Shown here one piece after another: positions 10,079-20,800 of a DNA stretch of 64,000 nt. How positions within the stretch are numbered: position 1 is the first letter of the stretch; every line of letters starts with the position of its first letter. The notes under the pieces are model-generated. The model worked only from the letters and a program-made list of their open reading frames with translations, had not been told where the DNA came from and ran no database searches. The position numbers and the translations under genes were made by a program. The stretch is from Bdellovibrionota bacterium (GTDB taxonomy: Bacteria; Bdellovibrionota_C; UBA2361; JBIKWN01), in NCBI GenBank assembly GCA_044356295.1, contig JBIKWN010000007.1:1-64000 (forward strand), written 5' to 3'.

Positions 10079-10965
10079 GACGACAAATCTGGATGTAAAA
10101 TTGAAAAAAACTTATTCAGCAAAAGAGGAATTCGTGGACCAGGAATCGTTGCCCAATCATCATCAATAAAAAATATTTTATCGTCTCTAACTGCTTTAAT
10201 CAAAGAAAGAGCCTTCCAAGGTGTCTTTAGATTCTGCTTTGTATGTTTTGTCATGAATCCTTGGGGTAAAACTTCAATAATTACATCAGGATTAAGCGCA
10301 TAGATTCCCTCTAATGAAACTGCCGTTATCGACCCGAATTCTTTTTTAAAAACATTTTCACCACCTACATACGAAAGAAGGGAATCATACATACCATCCT
10401 TCCCCGATATATAAACTTCTCGCAAATCACTACTTTCATAATCTCTTGAAACGACAATTAAAACCTTTTTGATTGTAACATTTGCAGTCTTACTTTTACT
10501 TTCATGCAAAGCCCCACTAACTTTTTCAAAAAGTACACTCCCTGCAGAAGATACGTCACAAGTATCTGCAATTACTTTAAAACTATTTAAAATAGTGTCT
10601 ATAGAACGATGATCAACAGCAAGAGTGTGTAAGTCTAATTTCTGTAATAATTTTAGCGTACTCTCCTGCTCACTTAATCCAATAACACGTGTTGGTCGAA
10701 GTGCTACAATCGCTTCAATATTTGGATCTAGAAATCCCCCAATCTGTGTTTTCAACGTAACCTCTTTGGGATAGGTATCATACGAAGTGACTCCAACAAT
10801 ATGCTCCCCAAGCCCAAGGGCATACACTGTTTCAGTAACACTCGGTGCTATGCTCACAATTCTTTCACAACTTTTTTCTGTATTTCCTTCTAAAGAAAAA
10901 ATAAGAAACAGAGCTGCTGAAGTAATCCAGTATAAAAATTTATTGCTTATTAATACTAGATTCAC
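10075..10965 (-). CDS. btuF: Periplasmic cobalamin-binding protein
   Basis: RIVSIAPSVTETVYALG...VGVT.YD.YP; PNIEAIVAL.P; PGPR. Confidence 0.85.
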   Translation of the reverse strand: MNLVLISNKFLYWITSAALFLIFSLEGNTEKSCERIVSIAPSVTETVYALGLGEHIVGVTSYDTYPKEVTLKTQIGGFLDPNIEAIVALRPTRVIGLSEQESTLKLLQKLDLHTLAVDHRSIDTILNSFKVIADTCDVSSAGSVLFEKVSGALHESKSKTANVTIKKVLIVVSRDYESSDLREVYISGKDGMYDSLLSYVGGENVFKKEFGSITAVSLEGIYALNPDVIIEVLPQGFMTKHTKQNLKTPWKALSLIKAVRDDKIFFIDDDWATIPGPRIPLLLNKFFSILHPDLSS

Positions 10966-10983
10966 TTCAGCTGCTCTAAAGGT

Positions 10984-12909
10984 TTAAAGGTCGTATTTAA
11001 AACCTGCAAAATAAGCAGCACCTTGCGTACCAAACCCACGAACCTCTTGATATTCCTGGTCGAGAATATTTTCTGCTCTTCCAAAAATCTCAAATTGATC
11101 TGAAATTTTATATCTACTCGTAAGGTTTAATAATACATACCCTCCAAGATCAACTGGTGTTGCAGGAAAAGTCGAGAAATCATTATCTAACCTTTTTCCG
11201 TTCATTAACATCTCGATGCCGACTTCAGATTTCTCAGTTGCTTGGTATCGAACTGCAACTTTTGCTTTATTTCTTGCACGTCTTAAAAGCCTTTCATTTG
11301 TTTCAGAATCTTCTGTATTCGTCATTGTATAGCTCAGATCAAGATTCAGATCTGTGCCAAATTTACTTGTCGAAAATACTTCAATCCCTGAGCTTTGTGC
11401 ATTCGCAATGTTTTCTGATTTAAAGGTAGTCGGATCAAAAGTTATCAGATCATTAAAGTCATTATTAAAATACGTAACACCGAATGTCATCTGATCTTTA
11501 TATAACGATTGCTCGATACCAACATCCCATCCTAGGCTATCTTCAGGGCGAAGATCTCGATTTCCATAAGAAGAATAGAGCTGAAAGATACTCGGAGCTT
11601 TATATCCGGTTCCAAGTGTACTCGATATCTTTGTATCACCGAGCAACAACGTAGGTCCTACTTTCCAAGTAGACTGTGATCCAAAAACACTGTGCTCATC
11701 AATTCTGCCGCTTGCTGATGTAATCAACGTATCGTCATAGTTCCAACGACCTTGAAGGTAATAGCCATTCGTTGTGACAGAGGTATCATCGAGGATATCA
11801 ACAAAGGGACCAAAACGTCCGTCTGATGCGAATGAGGAACTTCCCTGATCCGTTTCATTTTCATAACCAAATGTGATGTCAACTTGCTCAGAAGCCTTCA
11901 CAACGTTTTGCAAGTCTACTTTTCTACTTTTACCAGTATAGTTACTGACAATCGAGTCAAGCGGACGTGCCTCATCAACTCTATTATTATCATCATACCA
12001 ATGATTGGCATAAGCGATTCCAATTTTCTGTTTTAGAACGCCACCAAAAAAATTGGTTGCCAATTGTCCACGTGTGAATACTTGATTATCAAAAAGTACG
12101 CGGTTTGGATCGTCGCCACCTACTCCACCAAAATTATCGAGCTCCGTTCTCGCATTCGAGTAACGAGCAACTAGTGAACTCTCTACTGTATCGGATAACT
12201 TATTAGTTACTAGTCCTGATACATTTGTAGTATCGTAACTATCTTTTTCATTATTTCCATCTCGCTTATCTGCAGATGAAAAACCATCTCTATTTCTTTG
12301 CGATGCAGTGAAAGAATAGGTTGATTCTTTATCACCACCACTTAGTCTTGCATGTTCAGAGAAAGAGCCAAACGAGCCTCCCTCCGCAGAAACTGTCGTT
12401 TGAAGAGGACCTTCTCCTTTTTTTGTAGTAATAAGAATGACTCCACCAATTGCATCAGATCCATACAGCACACTTCCAGGACCCCGTATTACTTCGATCT
12501 GTTCAATATTATCTAAACTAAAATTTGCAAAATCGAATGCTCGTGTCGGCGAAATTGGATCATTTGATTCAATACCATCGACAATCACAAGTGTATGCTC
12601 TGAATTTGCGCCACGAATAAACACGGACACGTTGCCTCCAGGTCCACCACTTTGTACAACATCCACACCTGGAACTCCTCTGAGGATTTCTCCAACTGTT
12701 TGTTGTTGTGATGCCTGTATTTGTTCAGAGGAAATCACTGTTACCGAAGAAGCAACTTGTGATTTTGGATATGGTACTCGGTCTGCCGTGACAATTATTT
12801 CAGGCGATTGATTCATTCCAGTATTGGATAAATCTTGTGAGTACGAGTTGAAGGGGGATACCAAGAATAGGAGAACACCTATTCCAAGCGGAATTGTTTT
12901 CTTATTCAT
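10984..12909 (-). CDS. btuB: TonB-dependent cobalamin receptor
   Basis: TonB box EIIVTA, plug FIRGANSEHTLVIVDG and IEVIRGPGSVLYGSDAIGGVI, C-terminal FAGFKYDL; directly downstream of a cobalamin riboswitch. Confidence 0.9.
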   Translation of the reverse strand: MNKKTIPLGIGVLLFLVSPFNSYSQDLSNTGMNQSPEIIVTADRVPYPKSQVASSVTVISSEQIQASQQQTVGEILRGVPGVDVVQSGGPGGNVSVFIRGANSEHTLVIVDGIESNDPISPTRAFDFANFSLDNIEQIEVIRGPGSVLYGSDAIGGVILITTKKGEGPLQTTVSAEGGSFGSFSEHARLSGGDKESTYSFTASQRNRDGFSSADKRDGNNEKDSYDTTNVSGLVTNKLSDTVESSLVARYSNARTELDNFGGVGGDDPNRVLFDNQVFTRGQLATNFFGGVLKQKIGIAYANHWYDDNNRVDEARPLDSIVSNYTGKSRKVDLQNVVKASEQVDITFGYENETDQGSSSFASDGRFGPFVDILDDTSVTTNGYYLQGRWNYDDTLITSASGRIDEHSVFGSQSTWKVGPTLLLGDTKISSTLGTGYKAPSIFQLYSSYGNRDLRPEDSLGWDVGIEQSLYKDQMTFGVTYFNNDFNDLITFDPTTFKSENIANAQSSGIEVFSTSKFGTDLNLDLSYTMTNTEDSETNERLLRRARNKAKVAVRYQATEKSEVGIEMLMNGKRLDNDFSTFPATPVDLGGYVLLNLTSRYKISDQFEIFGRAENILDQEYQEVRGFGTQGAAYFAGFKYDL

Positions 12910-12915
12910 TACGAA

Positions 12916-12935
12916 TACTCCAGTCCACGAGAGTA
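12916..12935 (-). promoter_or_regulatory. RBS-sequestering hairpin of the riboswitch expression platform
   Basis: Minus strand tactc-tcgtggactg-gagta; the 3' arm contains the GGAG Shine-Dalgarno of btuB. Confidence 0.55.
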
Positions 12936-12975
12936 GTTATTTAAAAAACCATGCATAAATTAAATTTATACAGAG

Positions 12976-13174
12976 TTCAGCAAGCAGGTCTTCTGACTTA
13001 CTCAGTGCCTCTATTATTTACAGGGGCACCTCTTTTACCTTCCCACCTCTTCAAAAAGAGACAGTGGCTAACAAAGAATTAAGAGCATACAGCGGCGGGA
13101 CCGTTGTGGATTCTCACCACATTCCCTAAGAGCTACAAAAGGAGAATTCCTTTCTGTAACCCAAACTTACTGAA
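12976..13174 (-). ncRNA. Cobalamin riboswitch
   Basis: Minus strand has agggaa-tgtggtgagaatccaca-acggtcccgccgctgt, gccactg...gggaagg and B12 box agtcagaagacctgc; P1 ttcagtaagt/gcttgctgaa; upstream of btuB. Confidence 0.93.
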
Positions 13175-13279
13175 AGAGTTAATAACAAGTACAACTAAGA
13201 GTGTCAATTAATCCTTTAAATCCGATTTTCCTTCTTTCTATAACGAAAAGCTGGTTTATACTTTGTTTAAGAAATACCC

Positions 13280-14278
13280 ATGAACCCTTTTAGCCAAAGC
13301 CGTCACTCAGATTCAATTGCCCAAGGGAATCTTATTGAGCTTATTGAAAGCTACATTGAATTTTATGCAACATCATCTGGTCATACTGCTCGTGCTAAAA
13401 AACTTGACCTCTATCATTTTGTTCGATTTCTAACTGAATTTCGAAAAAAGAAAAATGACAAAAGCCTTCTTGTAAAAGATTGGGACTACTCTGCTGTTCA
13501 AGCATTTGTTGAGGAGTGTCTTCGTGCTGGTGAATCCCCTGCAACTGTCACAAGACGCCTGGCAACTCTAAAACATATGGGAAGAACACTGAGTGAAAAG
13601 TTTTCAGGATTTATTAACCCTGCACGAGAAGTCAAACCTCCTAAAACAGCACCGCTTCGTCCAAAATCTATTTCAAATGATGAGATTGAAAAAATTCGCG
13701 CATTTGCAAAACTAAAGATAAAAGAAAAACCAAACTTTACCCGTCAAAGAAATTTTACACTCTTTAATTTTCTACTCGATACAGGTTTAAGAGCAGAAGA
13801 GATTAGGCTATTAAAAGGTGCTCAAATTAAGGAAGACTTATCCTGGATTGAAGGGGTTCGAACGAAAGGTAGAAAATTTCGAAACGTATATATTACTACA
13901 AAAGTAAGAGATGAATTAAAGATTTATCTTGAGCTTCGAGAGAAACAGTTAAAAAAATTCTACCCAACGCTTACAGCAAAAATTTTAAAAGATCATCCAC
14001 TTTTTATAAGTACTCATAATGCTGTACCAACGAAACCTCAATCATTTTACTTAGATCCAAAAACAATCTGGCGAGCTGTACGCGAGTTTTCTCAGGGTAC
14101 GAAACTCCATCCTCATTTACTTCGTCACTCGTTTGCTATTGAGCTATTAGAAGATTCAAAAGATATCCGTTTAGTTTCTCAAGCATTGGGACACAGTGAT
14201 GTTCGAATTACGATGAGATACACTGAAAGGAGAGACGAGGAGATTGCCGAAGCGCTCGAGGCAGCGAGGCGGAAATAG
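13280..14278 (+). CDS. Tyrosine recombinase, XerC/XerD-like
   Basis: SPATVTRRLATLK core-binding domain; catalytic R (TGLRAEE), K (KGRK), HLLRHSFA, LGH, Y (TMRYT) all intact. Confidence 0.9.
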   Translation: MNPFSQSRHSDSIAQGNLIELIESYIEFYATSSGHTARAKKLDLYHFVRFLTEFRKKKNDKSLLVKDWDYSAVQAFVEECLRAGESPATVTRRLATLKHMGRTLSEKFSGFINPAREVKPPKTAPLRPKSISNDEIEKIRAFAKLKIKEKPNFTRQRNFTLFNFLLDTGLRAEEIRLLKGAQIKEDLSWIEGVRTKGRKFRNVYITTKVRDELKIYLELREKQLKKFYPTLTAKILKDHPLFISTHNAVPTKPQSFYLDPKTIWRAVREFSQGTKLHPHLLRHSFAIELLEDSKDIRLVSQALGHSDVRITMRYTERRDEEIAEALEAARRK

Positions 14279-14435
14279 GGTCTCGTTTATAAAAAAAAAC
14301 ATTGAGCAACCTAATAGGTATCAATCTCAATCATGCAACTACTAAGTGAGCACTTCACCGGGTATATCTTCACTTGCATTCATCATAATACACTTATTAC
14401 ACTGCTCATTAAACAATAATAATCCAATCTTCTTT

Positions 14436-15071
14436 ATGTCGCGGATAGTAATAAGAACAATGACTCTTCAAGATATCGATGGAGTCGTCGCCCTACAACG
14501 GGATTGTTTTCCTCCACCATTTGACGAAGATTTACTTTGGAAACAAATTCATCTCGAACAACATCTTCAAATTTTTCCTGACGGACAATTAGTAGCAGAA
14601 CATTCTGAGACTCAACATATAATAGGAAGTGCAAGCGCCTCGCTTATTAATGAAGAGAATTGGAATAAACACAAAGGTTGGGATGAAACTCTTGGCGGCT
14701 TCATGTTTAATACATTTGACCCAAAAGGAACTACGCTCTACGGTGCAGATATTAGCGTTCATCCTTCTCACCGAAAACAAGGTGTCGGTAAAAAACTTTA
14801 TGAAGTGAGATTTGCTGTTGTAAAAAAATTAAACCTTCTGCGTTATGGAACGGCTTGCCGGATACCAGATTATAGCAACTATAATGATAAACATCATGAC
14901 TCACTAACTTTGAATGATTATTGTCTTCGCGTTGCATCATTAGAATATAACGACAGAACACTGACGCCACTATTAAAACTGGGTCTTACATTTCTTGATG
15001 TAATTGAAGATTATATGGATGATCAAGAAAGCGGCAACGCAGCTGCACTTCTCGAATGGCGACCAGTATGA
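14436..15071 (+). CDS. GNAT family N-acetyltransferase (type usually paired with carbon-nitrogen hydrolases)
   Basis: FPDGQLVAE, GTTLYGADISVHPSHRKQGVGKKLY, RIPDY; start moved from 14346 to ATG 14436. Confidence 0.85.
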   Translation: MSRIVIRTMTLQDIDGVVALQRDCFPPPFDEDLLWKQIHLEQHLQIFPDGQLVAEHSETQHIIGSASASLINEENWNKHKGWDETLGGFMFNTFDPKGTTLYGADISVHPSHRKQGVGKKLYEVRFAVVKKLNLLRYGTACRIPDYSNYNDKHHDSLTLNDYCLRVASLEYNDRTLTPLLKLGLTFLDVIEDYMDDQESGNAAALLEWRPV

Positions 15072-15904
15072 AAGTAAGTTCAATTAATTTTAAAATAAAT
15101 AAAATTTCTCATAAGGATGATTTTTTTAATCATGTAAATACGGTACTTCTCGAAGCAATCCAGAAAGACGCTGAACTCATTGTCCTTCCTGAATATACTG
15201 TAGCAGAGCTATACTCACTATTTCCTTCTTATTCAGAGGAAGATGCTCCTTCTCTTCTGGTACGATATGCCAAAGAGTACGTGAGTACACTAGAAGAATT
15301 CTCAAAAAAACATAGCGTTACGATTGTTGGTGGAACTTTTTTCAGTGATGCTTTTGGCGGTATTTCAAACGTTTGCCCTATTACTTCAAACACACATGCA
15401 ACTCGTTTCCAAATTAAAAACCAACTTGTTTCTTATGAGAATCAAATTCAGAAACTATCTCGTGGAACTAAGATTGAAATTCTAGATGATACAAGAATAG
15501 GTGTACTCATTTGTTATGACTCTGAGTTCCCCGAATACTGTCGAACGCTTTGCCAAGCCGGGATGCAGATTCTTTGTGTGCCCTCATCAACTGAAACGGT
15601 GCATGGCTTCAACCGTGTCCGCTTTTCATGTCTTGCTAGAGCAATTGAAAATCAGATTTATGTTATTCATTCTGCGTTAGTAGGAAGCATAAATAAAGAG
15701 CCGCATCCAACAAGTTACGGTTCTTCTGCTGTGATTAGTCCGTGTTCCGCAGAATTTCCTTCTGGACCAATTTTGAATGAAACTCCATTACATGAAGAAG
15801 GATCTGCATTTTACAACCTTCATCTTAATTTATTATATACCTTTCAAAATCAGGGCGAAGTGCAAAATTTTAACGATTGGAAAAATACTTTTTGTCGTTC
15901 ATAA
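15068..15904 (+). CDS. Carbon-nitrogen hydrolase (nitrilase superfamily)
   Basis: E-K-C triad: LPEY, QIKNQL, ICYDSEFPE; ARAIENQ; ATGA overlap with the GNAT stop. Confidence 0.88.
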   Translation: MKVSSINFKINKISHKDDFFNHVNTVLLEAIQKDAELIVLPEYTVAELYSLFPSYSEEDAPSLLVRYAKEYVSTLEEFSKKHSVTIVGGTFFSDAFGGISNVCPITSNTHATRFQIKNQLVSYENQIQKLSRGTKIEILDDTRIGVLICYDSEFPEYCRTLCQAGMQILCVPSSTETVHGFNRVRFSCLARAIENQIYVIHSALVGSINKEPHPTSYGSSAVISPCSAEFPSGPILNETPLHEEGSAFYNLHLNLLYTFQNQGEVQNFNDWKNTFCRS

Positions 15905-15915
15905 AAGTAGCAACA

Positions 15916-17880
15916 CTATTGATTTGCTAACGCTACTATCCGGTTTACTGTTCCAGTTATCTCACCTGTAATACTTTGAGGGTAATAATCCTCTTGCATA
16001 ACATCGACTCTATAAGCAGTCCCATAAGGAATAGTAAAGGTTACCAGTCCGGATCCATTAGACACGGCTGCCCCGTAAAGTGAACCATCTACAAAAACAC
16101 TTACATAAGCACCAGACATCGCAGAGGCATTCATACGATCCACCACTTTAACTTCAAGCGTATATCCTGATTGATAGGCTCGAGCAGTCACTGTGGTGCT
16201 TTGATTGACCGTAACTTGATAAGAATTAGATTCAAAGGTTAGTCCTGCTTTTGAAAAAGTAACTGTATAAATTCCACCTGAAAGTTGAGCAGTGTTCATT
16301 CTGCCCGTTGAATCAGTCATACCACTTGCTACGATAGCGTTTCCACTTTTAACTGTTACTGCGACTTGAGAGATTCCAGTACCACGTAAGGCATCAAGGA
16401 CGATTAATGATAAAACACCAGGCTGGGGTATTGGAGTCATCGTTGGTGTCATTGTTGGGGTGGCTGTTGGTGTGCGAGTTGGAGTAGGAGTCGATGTTGG
16501 AGTTGCAGTTGGTACAACAGGAGCTGGAGGGGTCGGAGGATTCATTACAAGCTGCTGTAGGCCTCTTAACACATTAAGTTCTCCACCAGTAAGAGTTCTA
16601 CCAACTAACGCACCATTATAGGAAGTATTAGACAAAAGTGTCGATTTTAATTGCGATATTGTTAAGGCATTTGAATAAGCCTTAAATAATGCAAGCGCAC
16701 CACTAACATGAGGCGCTGCCATGGAAGTTCCACTGATAGAGTTATATTGGTTGTTGATCCATGTACTAGAAATCCCAACACCAGGGGCACCCAAGTCTAC
16801 AGTAGTAGCTCCATAGTTTGAAAAACTAGCCAAAGCACCATTTGAATCAATTGCAGCTACAGAAACAATATTGTCAAGATTGTATGCAGCAGGATACTGA
16901 GGCGATGCATCAGAATTCATTCCGCTATTACCTGCAGCAGCAACAAAAAGTAACCCAGCATTTCTAGACGCAGAAATCTCGTCATAGAGGACATTATAAT
17001 ATCCACCACCACCCCATGAGTTACTGGTAAGAACAATTGGTTCTCCGCGTTCTTTCAATCTTCGTACATACTGCAACGCTGTGACCGCATGAGCTAATGA
17101 TCCAGAACCGGATGAACTTAAAAATTTCACTGGAATCATTTTTACATTCCAGCTGACTCCGACAACTCCTGTACCGTTATTTCCAACACCACCTATCGTT
17201 CCAGCACAGTGTGAACCGTGACCATTATCATCCATTGGATTTCCGCTATTATTGATTGCGTTGTATCCGTATATGTCATCAACAACACCATTTGCATCAT
17301 CATCTATACCATTACCAGCAATCTCTCTTGAATTTCTCCAAATGTTTGCAGCTAAATCTGGATGATTATAATTAACGCCTGTATCAATGACCGCAACAAC
17401 AACTTGACTTGAACCAGTTGTATAGTCCCATGCAGCAGGCATACTCATACGTTGCATTCCCCATAGCAAAGAATAATAAGGGTCATTCGGTGTAGCAGAA
17501 GCTTGCAGAATCGCATTTGGATCGCAGTGACTTGCATAGTTTCTAAAGATTTTTAATTGACCCATCTGTCGAAGTTTTCGCTCATGCTTTCGAAGTTTGT
17601 CACAAGCGTTAACCATAGGAGCCCTGATTCTTGAAGGCTTATCTTTCTGTTCAGGTGGACTAACGACCATAATCCCAATTCCAGGCAGCTGCTCGGTTAT
17701 CGCTAATTGTTGATTCGTAGCATCTTCCATCATAGAAACAGCCTGCTCAGCCCTAAACTCATTTTTCACTGATACAATATATTGTCCAGTGTTGACTAAT
17801 GATTGAGCCGAGGATTCCATAACAGGAATCAAACATCCTAAAGCAATAACGATCATTGATTTAACGAAATGTTTCATCAT
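15916..17880 (-). CDS. Secreted S8 subtilisin-like serine protease with Pro/Thr linker and C-terminal carboxypeptidase-regulatory-like beta domains
   Basis: Signal peptide; triad VAVIDTG / HGSHCAG / GTSMAAPHV; PTATPT linker. Confidence 0.92.
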   Translation of the reverse strand: MMKHFVKSMIVIALGCLIPVMESSAQSLVNTGQYIVSVKNEFRAEQAVSMMEDATNQQLAITEQLPGIGIMVVSPPEQKDKPSRIRAPMVNACDKLRKHERKLRQMGQLKIFRNYASHCDPNAILQASATPNDPYYSLLWGMQRMSMPAAWDYTTGSSQVVVAVIDTGVNYNHPDLAANIWRNSREIAGNGIDDDANGVVDDIYGYNAINNSGNPMDDNGHGSHCAGTIGGVGNNGTGVVGVSWNVKMIPVKFLSSSGSGSLAHAVTALQYVRRLKERGEPIVLTSNSWGGGGYYNVLYDEISASRNAGLLFVAAAGNSGMNSDASPQYPAAYNLDNIVSVAAIDSNGALASFSNYGATTVDLGAPGVGISSTWINNQYNSISGTSMAAPHVSGALALFKAYSNALTISQLKSTLLSNTSYNGALVGRTLTGGELNVLRGLQQLVMNPPTPPAPVVPTATPTSTPTPTRTPTATPTMTPTMTPIPQPGVLSLIVLDALRGTGISQVAVTVKSGNAIVASGMTDSTGRMNTAQLSGGIYTVTFSKAGLTFESNSYQVTVNQSTTVTARAYQSGYTLEVKVVDRMNASAMSGAYVSVFVDGSLYGAAVSNGSGLVTFTIPYGTAYRVDVMQEDYYPQSITGEITGTVNRIVALANQ

Positions 17881-17882
17881 GA

Positions 17883-20800
17883 TTACTTAGCTAACCTCCT
17901 GTTTTGAGCACTAACTCCAGTCGATACCGCTCTTAATCCAAACGAATACCCTGTTCCTCGAGGTCGTGAATCAGAAAGTAGCCAAACATTTTTATACTCT
18001 GTTGGACGAGATCTGACTTCTATACCAGAGCGTGTAAATGTCATTCGAATTCTATAAGGATCATCACAAGGAACAACGATTCTAAATGAATCATCATTCA
18101 CAACCCACGAATATGATTTTTTGGTATTACGTTGCGATGTAATAACGACTCTGGCACCACTTCTTTGAACGCGACTTTGGAATGGAGATGACATTACTCG
18201 TGAGACTTCTCGAATATTTCCAGCCACTGAACAAACTACTGGTGTAGCTGTATTAGTTGGGGTTGAAGTAGGAAGTGGCGTTTCGGTAATCGTTGGAGTT
18301 GGGGTTGCAGTAGCAGTTGGAACGATTATGGTTGGCGTGATTGTTGGAGTATTTGTCCTGGTTGGTGTGGGTGTAGGACAAATCTGTAGACCAGACGCTT
18401 TTATAGCAACCTGAACACCATTATGAAAAAGTCCCAAAGTATTTCCACTTGGAAGTCTTGTTGTAGAAAAGAACGTATGAGCATTTGCAGCAGCTATAAT
18501 AGATCCTTTTACTGTCGATCCATATAACTCCCAAGTTAAAGTCAAATCAGATGAGTACGGATTAATTACTCTCCATGCTAACGAAGTAGAATCGAGTGAA
18601 CACATTGATGTAAGAGTAAAGGGCAGAGCCGGTGTATACGTTGCTGTAGGCGTATTTGTTGAAGTCGATGTCGAGGTAACAGTCGCCGTTGCAGTTGGTG
18701 ATGGTGATGGTGTGATAGTTGATGTTTGAGTAGAAGTTGCAGTAAACGTAGATGTTGGTTGTTGTGTTGGCGTATTTGTATTAATTGGTGTCACAGAAGG
18801 TGTCATAGAAGGACTCGGTATCTGAGTTGGCGTTAGTGTATTAGTAACAGTTAACGTTGCTGTTGGAGTTGTAGTACTTGTTGGAGTAGCAGTTAGCGTA
18901 TTTGTTGCTGTTGGTGTTACTGAAAAAGTCAAAGTAGGTGTTTGAGTTGAAGTTGCTGTATTTGTAGGTGTTGCCGTTGATGTCCCTGTAAAGGTCGGAG
19001 TCGGAGTGATTGTAGCTGTATTGGTAAATGTTGGAGTCACTGTAGCGGTAAATGTACTGGTAGAAGTTTGAGTCCGCGTTGCAGTAGGTGTAACTGTAGC
19101 AGTACTGGTAAAAGTCATCGTTGGAGTTACTGTTGCAGTGTTTGTAAATGTGAATGTAGCGGTAGGTGTTGGAGTTCTTGTTGATGTAGGCGTGAGTGTT
19201 GCAGTATTGGTCGCAGTAAATGTAGCAGTTGGAGTAGCAGTTGGTGCTACTTGATTAAAATTTATATTCAGAAAATCGCGTTCTGCACGCTCTGAGAACT
19301 GCGCAGGAAGAAAAACCATATCAGGGTTTGAAGATGTCAGCACAAACGAAATTCCATTATCGATATCAAATGAATAGGCTCCTTCATCATCAGCAATATC
19401 GGTGCGCACAGATCCATCTCCGAGTGTTGCAGTAACTGTTGCTCCGGAAAGAACCGTTCCTGTATGTCTAAATACTTTACCAGTAACTTTGTAACTTGTT
19501 TTGCCTACCTGAACAAAATCAGCATTCTGTTTATCACAACGAATATTTGGCTCAGAGTATGCAACTGGTAGAAAATCCCAATTTGCATATGAAGCTGAAA
19601 CCCAGTTATCGGAGCCTTGGTTAACTATAAAGCTATAAACTCCATCCAAATCTGTAATAATAGGAGCAGAGAAATTATTCATCACTACTGCCCCTGAAAT
19701 AGGTTGCCCTAAGTCATTAAGTACCCGTCCACTAATCGTATTAAAAAACTGAACTGGACATGGGGGACCAACCGGTGGCAAATTTCCTATCGAAGAATCT
19801 GGAGCAACAGAGTAAAAATTTAATTTTTTATCTTCATCAACATTTATAAATTGTTGATAGGATGGGTCGTAAAGAAGTGTTGAATTAGGAAGAAAAGAAT
19901 TAAGTGCGAGTGAAGAGTTTTGTGCAGTTGAGATTGTATATTTACCTTCCGTATCAGAAGTAGCAACGACAGACCCATTATTTAATATTCGTACATTTGG
20001 CTGTGGCAATCCCAAAAGATCATATACAACTCCACTAACCGATGAGAGCAATGGAACGTCTCCTGCAGTAAAAGCAGATAAACTAACGGGACTTGTTGCC
20101 TGGTCAGGGCAGAACTGAAAAGGACTACCACTACTGTGGGTAAATGTGAATCCTTGCCGACTTGGAAAGACCGTATACAGTGGATTACAGGTTGTTTGTC
20201 TTACTGCTCCAAAAAGCGCTTTACCAGTTGAATCAGTAAACTGACGTGTTGTTTCTAAGCAACTATTAGTAACATCAACTGCTACACTTTCAAGTGGTGT
20301 TGTTCCGGCATTTAATACCTGAACAGGAATCAAAGACATAACAGAATCACGAGTTGCTCCAAACCATGTACATATTCTGTTCGGACATGTTTGAGGTGAA
20401 ATAGTATACAACGGTAATGTTTCAAACTTCGATCCAGTTACGACTGCACTGTAAGATGTAGAACCATCGAGAGTAACACGAGCTGTACCAGTACTATCGG
20501 TTGTAATCGTAGGAATCCCATTATTTATATTGATTAAGGCGCCCCAAATTCCACTCCCGGTATTTCTCTCTAGAAATTTTAAAGTATAGGAAACTTGTCC
20601 TGATACCGGAGAAGGAGTTGTATTTGTTGCGCAACTTCCTGATACATAGACTGTAGCAGAAGATGATGATGGGCATGCGTTAAATTTATTTTTTAATAAT
20701 GTTGTAAAAGTACATGACTGACCACTCGGTGATAGTGGTAACAAAGTATAGTTATCATCAACGTCTGTGTTGTTTTTATCATTACAAACACTACTTCTTC

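Noticed and set aside
13280..14278. Prophage or integron call based on the recombinase
   Set aside because: No phage genes, adjacent tRNA, attC-like cassettes or IntI-specific insertion visible
14276..14300. tagggtctcgtttataaa after the recombinase as a possible IS/Tn terminal repeat or att site
   Set aside because: No matching second end, target duplication or transposase found in the window
18240..19245. Repetitive DNA as a possible CRISPR array or VNTR
   Set aside because: No fixed repeat-spacer structure; it is codon-diverse sequence encoding a Thr/Pro linker
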